A DNA stretch of 64,000 bases from Piedraia hortae CBS 480.64 (taxonomy: Eukaryota). A program made the translations under genes and the position numbers. Shown here piece by piece: positions 23,389 to 34,306 of the stretch (its first letter is position 1; each line of letters starts with the position of its first letter). The stretch is taken from assembly GCA_010093745.1 (NCBI GenBank), contig MU005958.1, positions 124,001 through 188,000 on the forward strand, written 5' to 3'. A model generated the notes under the pieces. That model was not told the origin of the DNA. It saw only the letters and a list, made by a program, of their open reading frames with translations, and searched no databases.

Positions 23389-25330
23389 GCACATCCGCTA
23401 GCGTCCGCTCTCTCTCAGCCAGCATTAGAAGAGCCTTACTCAACCTGATGGGTCGGTCATCGACGGACGCTAATGTATGTGCAAATTTGCTGATTCCTCA
23501 TTTGTTTCTAGGCACTTTGGAGATTTTTCAGGCCCATTCACAAACCGCACACCCACTCACGTCCGTTCTCTTTCGCCCAAACAAAGCAGATCATCATGAG
23601 CTAATCGATCGGCCACTGATTGACGCCAACTTATGTACAAATCTGCTCCTGCCGAATACTTCTCAAGGCGGGATAGACGCACGCACAAAATGCACCAAGG
23701 AACTTCACCTTCAAAGGCACACCCACTAGCGTACGACACTTTCAACAAACCCGCCAAGTGCCTCCCTGAGCTGATTGGGAGGCCATTTGGCGGACGCCAG
23801 TGAATGTTCCAATGCCCTCCTTCCGTATCTGTACCAAGGCTCTGAAGGCTATTTCGCATACCAACCGCTGGCTTCTGTGATCTGCAGTCTTGCATGGGCT
23901 GGGTTTCACGGATCAATTTTGAAGCACAATAGGCACACTACTGACGGACACTAGTGGATGTGCAATATTGGTCTCTCGCCCCTTCCACACCAAGGAAGTC
24001 CACCTATGGAAGTGCACCGACTAGCGTCTGTTCTCTTTCATTTAACATGGGAAGAGTCTCACTCGGACGCTAGTGTATGTGCATATCTGCTCCTGCCACA
24101 TCTGCTCGCAGGCGCTGCACCGCGGGGTTTTTGGGCCAATCGGAATGTATTCACATCAGAAGGTCAACCAATGCCCCGCACCGAGTACCCCACGAGGGTC
24201 TACTCGCGCACATGATTTTTCAGTGAACTTCCTACCCTGGCACGTCTACTAGCGTCCATTCTCCTTCAACCCTTCTAAGGAGAGTTCTGATCAGGGTGAT
24301 TGGCTGGTCACTGACGGACATTAGTGGATGTGCATATTTGTTCCTGCCACATCTGTTTCAAGGCGCTGTGGGAATTTCTGACCTACCTACAGATGCATCC
24401 ACCTGTTTCCTTTGGCTTTCAACCAACCTATGAAGAGCCTCGTTCGAGCAGACCGACCAGCCACTGACGGACGCTAGTGGATGTGCGAAAACCCCCCTTC
24501 GCTCCTGCCACAGCTGCTCCAAGGTGCTGTGGGATCAGTATCGACCCGCGTGCATGTGGTGCCAGAGAACTCCACCTACAATGCACATCCACTAGCGTCA
24601 CTACTCTTTCAAGCAGCCTGGTAGGATCCTCGTGGACTGGTTGGACAGTCATAAACCGACGCCAAGGAACGTACATTTTTGCTCCTCAGCCCCTTCCACT
24701 TTGGTTCCCTGGCGACGTGGGGTTAAGATTCGCGTGCGCATGATGTGTCACCGACGTTCACCCACAGGAGACGCCAACTAGTGTCCGACCCGAGAAGAGT
24801 CTCGCTCGTGCTATTGACCTACCACTGACGAACACTAATGGATGTGCAAATATAGTCCTTCGCTCCTTCCACATCTGTATTGCGGTGCTGTGGGGATAGG
24901 ATCCACGTGCGTGCACGATGCTTCAATGAACTTTACCTACACAAGTACATCCACTAGATTCCGTTCTCTTTCAACCCTTCTAAGGCGAACTCTGATCGAG
25001 CTTATTGGCAGGTCACTGATGAACGCCGTTGAATGTGCAAGATTAGTCCTTCGCTCCTGCCACATCAAAAACACGGCGCTATGAAGTTGGGATTCACGAT
25101 ACGTCAACGAACTCTATTCAAAAGCACATCCACTAGCCTCCGTTCTCTTTCGAACAAACCTAGAAGAGTCTGTTCAAACTGATTAGCCGGCCACTAACAA
25201 ATGCTAGTGGGTGTGCAGGTATGACCCTACCACATCTGTTCAACTGTGCTGAGACTTTGTGGAGAAGGGCTCTGCACAGGTATATTGGCAGGCCACCAAT
25301 GGACGCTAGTGGTTGTACATATTTGCTCCC
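23389..25330. repeat. Array of about 12 degenerate ~170-bp units, each carrying an ~18-20-bp inverted repeat
   Basis: GACGCTAGTGGATGTGC-like boxes at 23466, 23622, 23793, 23947, 24066, 24317, 24470, 24658, 24831, 25022, 25200 and 25302. Complementary GCACATCCACTAGCGTCC-like boxes lie upstream in most units. Confidence 0.85.
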
Positions 25331-26493
25331 TTGGTCTTGCCGTATTTCAGGTGCCGTGAGGGTTTCCTGGCCAATCGGAGGCTTCCATCTGTACGGCCTC
25401 GGATTTATAAATCAGTTTCAAAAGCACAGTTGAAACAACACATGACTGCTTGCTGCGGGCTACTAATATGATCTCTTCGCTGGACAATCGACATGTTGCA
25501 TGTTCAGTATCTAAGCTGCGTACAAAAAGCATGAGTGTCAGGATCCGGACCCTGGATCCTGTGCGGGCCGAAACGGAGCGGGCCGCTCCGCACACTCCTG
25601 CACACACCATGATTTCCGGGCGTTCTTGGCTGCTTCTTCTTCTCCCATGCGTCGTATTCGTTCATAGGCTCTACTCTGCTCTCTCACGCTCACGTTCTTC
25701 GTCAGTCACCTGCCGGGACCGATAGTGAATATAGGAATTGTAGGTGACACGAAAGATAATATTGTTGTTGCTACCTTGCTACCAAGACTCTAGAGGAGGT
25801 GAGGTTACCGGTCGTCCTAACCCTATTGGACTGGTTCCTGACTAACATCAACAACCTGACAATGAACTTCAGAAATTGTTTTAATTCCCCTATAGGTATC
25901 TGTAAATGTCCACAGGTGTTGTCCAGACTTGATGCACACGTGTTGGCTGCCAAAAGACATCAAAAAGAGGCAAAGTAAACGTAGATAAATCTACTTTTCT
26001 GAGGTTGCGTGGGCTCACTGGCCATTGGAGGCGACGCGCTAACCTATTTGCATTTCTCACCCGACACCAGTAGGTGCTCATTGTCAGCGTACGCGTTGGA
26101 ACCATGTTGTCGCGCGAGGAGATGGTTCCAGGCGCGCTACCTCTACTACAAAGAGCACGGACCCTGTCGGCATTAGCCGTGACACTCATCAAAGTCCATA
26201 GGTGCTGGCGAATCTTGCTATAGGTATTCTCGGGTATCCTCATGTGCTTATACTTGGTAGTACAAATCCGCAAGTGCTTCCCCATCTAAATCACAGGATC
26301 CCTCCAAAAGTCTTCCATTTCGAGACAGAAATGCTGAACTTCAAGCGTCTTTCAACTTATGTCGACCCATCACTTGGGGGTGGAGTTGTCGCAAAAGCTT
26401 CATGTGCGTCCAGCAGGGTCCTTGGTCGCCAGCACATCGAGTGCCCTGGAGATGGCGTTCGATAGGTGGTCGACAGAGGTCAGATTAAAAGGC

Positions 26494-26550
26494 TTTGTAA
26501 TGGTCACCTTGGTGTAAGTGGACCTAACACTTATATTGACCCCGTCGACG
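26494..26550 (-). pseudogene. Coding relic, paralogous to 30991-31047
   Basis: 50/57 nt identical to 30991-31047. Translates VDGVNISVRSTYTKVTITK. Confidence 0.55.
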
Positions 26551-27373
26551 TAGCTTGCAGTATAAAATTTGTCAGTCGTCTTCCGGAGGTGAATGGGACG
26601 GGTATGGTGTCAACCGCCTTGGTGATGGTTACCCTTGTACAATGATACACTGATGGGGTCAGGATAGCATGCAGTATAGACTCCGTCAACCGCACTGCAT
26701 AAGGCAGATAGGGAGTCCGACTTTCCATTGCTTGTCTTTGTTGTGTTGCGGTTTACTTCTGTTAAAGTCCCTGTAAAGACGTGTGGTGTGCCTTCCCAGA
26801 AACTTTACCTCGAAAGGGAAGGCATGCGTGGGGTGAGATCACGTCATCGTGACGTGGTCGCGCAATCACGCAGGGAGGCAGGGCAGTCTAGGCACACTTT
26901 CACACTCTCCAAGGGCATATAGTCATACCATCATCACATCAGAGAAATGCGAGTATAGCACTTTCTCTCTTCTAACAAACTCCGTTTTGGGAAGGTCCCA
27001 AGAAATTTCCGCTCCCAACAGCGGAGGGCCCAGCAATTGAACTTGCAAAGGCAATCGTGCACCGGTAGGTGGACGAACGTCCTGCCAAAGCATTCCATCT
27101 TGACTGCTTGATAATGCCTGTCTAAGGGGTTTTCCTAAGCATTGCGGTAGATAGGTAGATAATCGAGTGCAGTGAAAATATTATGAGCATTTTGTTTCCT
27201 TCGTGACGGTTAGCTTCGTGACCTCGCCTGGGCCAATGATTTACAAGACATATCGCCATCTTGGCTGGCGTTATCTCTCGCTATGAACACCTTCCTCTCA
27301 TGTGAAACTATCACGTTAAAGGGTTGGTATCTGCGGCAAGGAGTATATTATTTATTCTACCTGCAAACAAGTC

Positions 27374-27492
27374 ACTTACGGCCATAGGTTGCAGAGAACA
27401 GAGGATCCCGTCCGCTCTCCTGAACTTAAGCTGCAAACCGGTGGATTAGTACTACGGTGGGTGACCATGTGGGAATCCCTACTGCTGTAAGT
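27374..27492 (+). rRNA. 5S rRNA gene (dispersed copy)
   Basis: 119 nt. Terminal helix ACTTACGGC/GCTGTAAGT, GATCCCGTCCGCTC, TTAAGC, TTAGTAC..GGTGGGTGACC..GGAATCC. AT-rich TATA-like box about 30 nt upstream. Confidence 0.95.
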
Positions 27493-27518
27493 TTTCTTTT
27501 TTTCTTTTTTCTTTTTTT
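27492..27518 (+). terminator. Pol III oligo-T terminator of the 5S gene
   Basis: Runs of T directly after the mature 3' end. Confidence 0.85.
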
Positions 27519-28174
27519 ACACCTGAAGCTACGAGGCGGTGGCATAATGTCGATCCTTGCCGGTGCCTCGGCATGTCGATCGTATGATCGACATTTTTGT
27601 CGCCAAAAGATTAGTTGTTTTCTTGTATATAGTTCCGCCCGCCGGCTCGGGCGGGCAGTCGCGTTGTCTTTCTTTCATCGCTGTTTCCTGTCCACACCAG
27701 TGATAGAAGCATGTGCTGCTGAAACTTTTGCATCTCAAACCGGAGGACAAGAAAGTTGAATTTTCCATTCACTGTGTGTTTCTGTTGATTATGCCGAAAA
27801 TGCGCCCAACAAAAAGTTTACGCCAGCACCTTTGATCCAAGCCGCTCAACTCCTGGCAGAACTCTCGTACTTCTTGACAATTGAAAAGGTTAGGTCTTGG
27901 CGAGAACCGGAACCAAAAATTCATGGTGTGGGCCAAAACTACAACGAAAAATTAACGTCCTCCGTGGACGTTGCGAAAGTTGAGGGGGGTTCAAAATCAT
28001 AGTCCAGCCTAGTTTAAAAGTTGAATAGGGTAGCACGATTTGACATACAACAAAAGCTGTGAGAAAACTAGAACAATGCCCGCTCTGAAATAAATGCTCC
28101 CCGTGCCCGAACGCCAACCCATACCCTCACTCACACATGCATACTAATCCCAGCTCACTTGCTTTCCCAAACGC

Positions 28175-30480
28175 GTCTTGTTATCATCTTGCATTTGTCT
28201 TGGTCAGCGTCTTGCTTTTAGTCTTGCCGTCATACTGACCGTCAGTCTTGTATATGCCACCTTCTTGCCAGTCGTCGGTATCCGAATGCTTGTTGTAGAC
28301 TCGGTCCCATTTGTCTGCCATGATGTTTGTCCCAGTGCTTGTCCAAATGGTCATTGTCCTTATTCCATCCTTGTCGCCTTCCCTTCGGCCAATTTCCCAT
28401 GCCTTAAGTCTTTGTTCAGGGTCCATTCCCGCCTCTTTGGGAGGGATAGAGGCGAGAATAAGTCCCGGATAAGTGGCCAGTGGCATGGTATTACCGTGTT
28501 TTGTTCAAATTCTGTCGTCCATTCTTTTGCCTTCTTTCGAGAGTCCTTGCAGTCGTATCCCTGCTGTATCCGATACTCGTCACCTTGGGTCGGTCTTGTC
28601 CTCGTCCCTGCCTCCAGCCTTGTATGTAATCGCTAGTCATCCGTCTTCATGTGTGCCGTTGTTCAAAATTCGTCTGTCGTGCTTGTTTAATGCTTATGGT
28701 CCTTGCCATCTCTCGTTTGCCTCCTTCTCTCCAGCCAATCTTACATGTCACTGGTCAATGTACAGGTCCATCCCCATCTCCTTGGGTGGGTCAGAGGTGG
28801 GGATGGACCTGCACATTGACCAGTGGCATGGTCCTTCCCCATCCTTGTGTCGTCACTAGTGTATTTTTGCAGCTGTTTCCTTGTTGTTTTCGATGGTATC
28901 TTGTTGCTTTTTGGCTTGTTGAACGATCGAGTTGATGGCGCTGTTGATGCTGTCCGGTTAGTGCTTTTCCAGTCCACGTAGCCTTCTCATAATTAAGACT
29001 TGTTGCTGGTCCTTGTGTCGAGCAATAGTTCAGGGATTTTGTGCTTGCTTCTTGCTCTTGCTGATAATGAGTGTTCTAACTTCTCCCCTTTCTTTTCCTA
29101 TCATTGATTGTGGCGTTGTTCGCTTTGACATAGCCGTCGTAGCTTCAGTGTTCTCCAGCGATTGAAACATCGTCCGTGAGGGTCCGTAAGTACCTTGTGA
29201 TTAGTGTCTTTGTAGATGATGGTGTCTGTTATTGGTGATAGTCTTCCTAGATGAGTTGTGGATGATTTGTAAATGCCTCTGGAGGGCAATGTATGTCTTA
29301 GTAAATCGTGTCATAAGTCTTCGAGGCTTTTCCGTAAGTCCGCAGATGGCTTCGTCGATGTCTTGGAAAGTGAATTCGTAAGTGTCAACGATCCTGTATT
29401 TGTCCGCCAATGTCTTCGTCAATGTCTTTAAGAGAATATCGCCGTAATTGTCTTCGTAACTCCCATGTTGCTGATAGTTGCAATGTCTTTCTAGACGTTG
29501 GTGGGAAATCTTCGTCTGTAATGGCGTGAAGTGGGCATCAGTGTGCCTCAGATGAATGTATTCGTAAATGGTGGCGGGCGCCCATTGATGTTCGTAGGTA
29601 ATGATGTGTGCCTGTATTTGTTCGCAGATGTCTTCATGAATGTCTCTGTTATAGTCGTCGTCAATGTATTCGGTGATATGGCTATTAGTGCCAATGCAAA
29701 AGTTGTTGTAAATGCTCGTAGGTGTGCAGAAGTGCTCAAGTGCTTTTACGTGTGCACAAGCGTTCCTGAAAGTCGTCCAAGGTGAATGTGTAAAACCTTT
29801 CATGTACCGTCTGGCAAATACCCTTTTAATTTGCTTGGAAGATGTCTCAAAGGCTTGTGGGAAGTGCTTGTAAGTGTCCGCCAGTATCCATGAATATATT
29901 CGTCGATGAATGCGTTAATGTCTCTGTAAATCTTCTTGTGGGAGTCGTCGTGAATCTCTTGAGGATGACAAGGTAAATGCTCGTGAATACTCGTAAGTCT
30001 CCATAGGTAATCGTAGGTAATGGTGCTTGTGCAAAGGTTCCCATAGAAGTTTGTGGGTGCCATTGGTATCCGTATTGGTCCATAGGTGGTAATGAATTTT
30101 TCTTGGGCGTTTGTAGGCTTGCGTGGGTCTCCTTAGATCTTCTCAGGATTATGTAGGTTTTTGTAGACTGTCGTATGGAATCGTAGGACCTCGTAGGTAT
30201 CAATGAAAGTCCGTCGTAGGGTTCGTATGTTTTCGTAGGAATTCGTAGGTTTCCATGTGGATCGTAGGTTCCCATAGGGGTTCGTAGGCTTTCTTTTGGA
30301 ACCGTAGGTTTCCGTAGTAATTCGTAGGGAGTCTTAGGGCTTTGTAGGTGTCAATGGAGATTCGTCGTATGGATCGTAGGTTTACGTAGGGACTCTTAAG
30401 GCTTCGTAGGAGTTCATAGGTCTCAGTAGGGATTCGTAGGAACGCGTAGGGACACGTAATTGTCAATGAGTGTTCGCAGG
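28175..30480. repeat. Strand-biased degenerate minisatellite (CTTGTC-rich, then ~12-bp AATGTCTTCGTA-like, then 10-bp NNTTCGTAGG)
   Basis: CGTAGG at 30182, 30192, 30215, 30234, 30244, 30263, 30283, 30303, 30323, 30375, 30385, 30405, 30435 and 30445. AATGTCTT-type units around 29400-29650. Confidence 0.8.
28744..28830. repeat. 37-bp-stem inverted repeat with a 13-nt loop
   Basis: Arms 28744-28780 and 28794-28830 are complementary at 34/37 positions. Confidence 0.9.
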
Positions 30481-30990
30481 GCTTGGTAGATCCTTGTAAG
30501 TGCCAAGAGTGTTTGTGGGTGCCCTTGGTGCCCGGATTCTAGATGCCGTCCATAATGATATCTTCTTGTAGGGAGCGGTGAGTTCGTCATGTACGTGTGC
30601 GTGTGGCACGCCTTCTTGCTGAGGAGGGAAGGCAGGTAGTCTTTTCGGAGAAAATCAAAAAAGCAAAGCTCCAAGCGCCCTCGATCCAACGTCACCCAAA
30701 AACAATCCAGGAAACAGAGAGCAGCAAAGAACAGAAAACAGAAAAGGATAACAAGCATGGTAGACGCCACACATGACTCATGCACGTTCAGAAGGCCCTC
30801 GACCGCCGACCCATCCAGTGTCCTGGCGATGACTTCGGAAAGGGGCTCGGAGGTGTCAATGTCCACCTCGAGGCGAGGCCCTTGAAATTAAATCAGTTTG
30901 GACGATGAAACCCGGGGATTGTTTAACTCACCGATCTTCGGGTCATAGTGCACTTTGAACAAATGATCGACGAGGATGCGGTTCTATAGT

Positions 30991-31047
30991 TTTGTGATAG
31001 TCACCTGGGTATAGGTGGACCTAACACTCACATTGACCCCGTCGACG
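30991..31047 (-). pseudogene. Coding relic, paralogous to 26494-26550
   Basis: Translates VDGVNVSVRSTYTQVTITK, followed shortly by a stop. Confidence 0.55.
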
Positions 31048-31252
31048 GGCCCCAGTGGCGAAAACACCGTTCTTGAAGGGCCCAAGACAGATAGGTCCCG
31101 GGCGGCTGAGGACCCAGCGCTTGAATCTGCGAGCCTTAGCCCGAACAGGGAGGTGGACATATATACCGCAAAAGCGAGTGATGAGGCTTAGGGAGTGGAG
31201 CGACAGATGAAGCAGTAGTGATAGAGGAAACGGATAGAGTTGATTAAGGTGA

Positions 31253-31293
31253 GGTGAGATGGGGCGGTGAGACGGGGCGGTGAGATGGGGCGG
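31253..31293 (+). repeat. 13-bp tandem repeat GGTGAGAYGGGGC x3
   Basis: Direct reading. Confidence 0.8.
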
Positions 31294-32191
31294 CGTAATG
31301 AGGTCGTGATGGCATATAAGAGGGCTGCACTTACCTTGTAATAACTTGTCTTAATCATTGTAGCTCGGGGTTGTCGCTGAAGCTTTTCTCGCAAGTTGGT
31401 ATAAAGGAGAAAGAGAAAGAGCGACGGAGAAATTTACTTATGCAAGTCCGGGTGGGAGTCTTACGTGTATAATCACCAGCGCGTCTGATCCAGTGGGGTG
31501 TTGAGCGCGTTGGTCACTTACAGATCACAAAAGAACAAACATTGCGCGAGTTTGATCCTGGTGGGGCGGGTGATGATTGATAGGGATTTCATCTGCAATT
31601 CACCCAGAGACATGAATTTGACGCCGGCGTGGGAAGGGCTCAAAGAGGTCGCTCATATGCTCGAGTCCTCCCTCTTAAACCATTCGCAGACCGTTTCACT
31701 CATACAACATTGCTAGGGAGCTGGAAATCGCCTAGCAGGAGTCTCTTCCAGTGGCAAAGCATCGGTTGAAGCTATGTAGATGCCTAATTGCAGCCGTTAG
31801 GAAGTCGTCCATGACGCCTTCCTCTATCTATAATCTCCTGTACACATAAAGCCTTTCATATTAAGCGCACTTAGTTCAGTGATGATGTGCATGCATTGTA
31901 TCCTCAGGGAACTTTACAGGTATTACTTCGCCATTCTAGAAATGCTATTGGTCGAGGATTACCTAGAGGAAGGCAAAGAAGTGAAAGCGTGCCTAGTAAG
32001 CAGAAGTCACTTTTTATGCGACGCACAAACAGCTAAATTTACCAAGGACAAGAAAATATGGTTAGCTTACTATGTGTAGGTAAAAAGCCGACGACTACGG
32101 TAAACAGGAGCATCGTCATCACTGACATGGATGATAGCAATGAAAGTTTTGCCAAGACGGGCTTCCCGCAGCACTGAAAACTTAAACCAGG

Positions 32192-33490
32192 TTATACTTT
32201 TTTATTGGAAGAAAACCGAAAATGGGCCGTCACGGTAAGGGTATAAAGACAGAACATCACGATGATATGGAGGAAAAGGCACGCAATTTGGGAAAAGGGA
32301 TTGTAACAAAACACTTTTTTCTGATAACTCACAGAACTTACCATGGATGCTCCATCCGTTGCAGAGGCGCTACCATAACACACCGTCGCCACGGATGTTG
32401 GTTGCGCCGTAGCAGCACCAAGGCTCTGTGTCAAGCCTGCGAGCTGCTTGTTCATCTTCAAGGCAGAAGTGTAAGCTGCACCATCAAAGACTGCAACAGG
32501 GCTGTACGAAGCTGGTACCGGAGCTGGTGTGGGATTTGTGCAAGCGCCATATTGCGTCGCAGTTGCCAAGGTGGCACCAATGGTCTTGGTCCCGCTCATC
32601 ATTATGACGGCTGGCGAAGTAGTGTAAGCCGTGCGGAAGTTGGATACCGCTGCTGTTTGCGGGTTCCCTTGCGCGAGAGTGTGCGAGGCTGCTGGCAGAG
32701 GAACAGAGTTCACAACGTTAAAGTCAGCACAGGTGGTGTAGTACTCATCCTTGCCACTGGGATAGGTGCAGTAAGCGTTTGGCTCAGTCGGCCACTGCCA
32801 GACCCAGTAAACTGTCAACTTACCCTCCGGCTAAGATGCTGGGATCTGGACATTGCTCTCGCACCATTTCTCTAGGCTGGATGTGGGCTGGCCCGGGACA
32901 TGGTTGGGAGAGAGGACCTGGCGAGTAAGCGATACGTTGCCGCAGTTGAGCTGATGGCACCTACCATCGTCGTAGATTTGAGCGGCCATCAGGAAACCAA
33001 GGCCGTTACCACCTTTGCCGTCTTTCGTCCACTGATGGACATCGACCATCTTTTTAGACTCAGACATCTGTGTGGTGCCGTAGATGAAAACGGTGCCACC
33101 AGTCTTTGGCTTGCCAAGCTGGTTCCAGGGGAGGGTGGCGTGGCCATTCTCCAGATGCTTCATCGCTACACAGCTGCCCGACTGGGCCTGCAGCATTGGG
33201 TAGCTAGGATTGGTGTAGTTGGAAGTCCGTTGAGATGGGTGGCAGAGGAGATCCGAAGAGTTGATCCGAATGCGGCCGGACTAATCAGATGGTACCTGAT
33301 ATTTCGCTGGATAGCCATTAAACGAGGGGTCTGTGCGTGTAACATACCCGCGAGGAAAGCCGCGTTTGCCAGTATAGCTGTCGCTGGAGCCGATGACCTG
33401 GAACTCGTCGATCCAGGAATGGCCAAAAGCTGGACCAGCCAAGCTTAGAAGACCAGAAACAAGGGTGAGAAAGTTGACGTTGCTGAACAT
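32192..33490 (-). pseudogene. Secreted fungal protein (signal peptide then HSWI..., ENGH, DDGRC, YWVWQWP, EYYTTC; DUF7492-like from memory) with two in-frame TAG stops
   Basis: ORFs 33281-33490, 32831-33196 and 32192-32818 share one frame, broken only by TAG at 33281-33283 and 32831-32833. The 3' end is uncertain. Confidence 0.75.
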
Positions 33491-34306
33491 GATGAAAATG
33501 AATGCAGATCAATGTGGTTGTGGTGAGATGCAATGCAAGTTGTTAAACGATGTGACCAGAAGCAGACAAACTCAATGCTTTTACGGCGCGACATGAAACA
33601 GAATGAAGACAACACCATTGCAATCGACAATAGCCGCATTGTAATATCGGCTTTTTGTTTCTTTATCAGTTTCGAGTCCTTTTCTGTGGTCATAATGTCA
33701 TAAAATCCTACAGTATCTGACAACAAGTCGAGACAATGGAACAAAGAGCAGTGCTGCCATTATAACTTCAGACATCCCAGATTGTGTAGCTCAGTAGACT
33801 GATGTGCTAGAGGCAAAGACTGGACTATGGTAACTTCAGTAACATCAAACATAACAGCGCTACCGCGAAAATGTAGCAACCTCGTTCGGCAGTTCTTCCA
33901 CAAACCACAACATCTCGAATGAAAATTTGAGCATTCGAGCCATGAAGCATGAATGATGCTGAGATGCGGTCATAGACTCACTACGATGTCAAGTTTCATA
34001 GTGTGGTGTGGCATGCGGTACGAGCCGGGGTTGGCTTGGCTTGGCATGACTGCGCTGCACACTTCACACTTCCGTAGAAATTATCATGATTGCCATTTCA
34101 TGTCTTGGCCATCTTCCCAACCCTGAAAATAAAAGCCACAAAACATCCAGCCCGTTTATGCAACAATGTAGTCTCGGATAATCTCTCAGTGATAATACAA
34201 TTTACAGTGTATCAATACATTTCCATCAACCATGAGGTCATAAACTGTACACAACATCAACCCAACGCTCATGCTTCCTATTTGTACATAAAAAGAAGAA
34301 ATAAAC

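Noticed and set aside
23389..25330. CRISPR array
   Set aside because: The repeats are degenerate, the intervening sequences are homologous to each other, the spacing is irregular, there are no cas genes and the context is eukaryotic.
29101..30866. Protein-coding ORFs in the minisatellite
   Set aside because: Overlapping ORFs in several frames are expected from strand-biased repeats, and a 10-bp period is incompatible with a coding repeat.
26494..31047. LTR pair
   Set aside because: Only 57 bp, no TG...CA ends or retroelement interior, and the differences are codon-structured.
32831..33283. TAG reassignment or programmed readthrough
   Set aside because: TAG is the normal stop of SPF45, NCBP3, UPS2, FMT1 and SOG2 in this window, so pseudogenisation is simpler.
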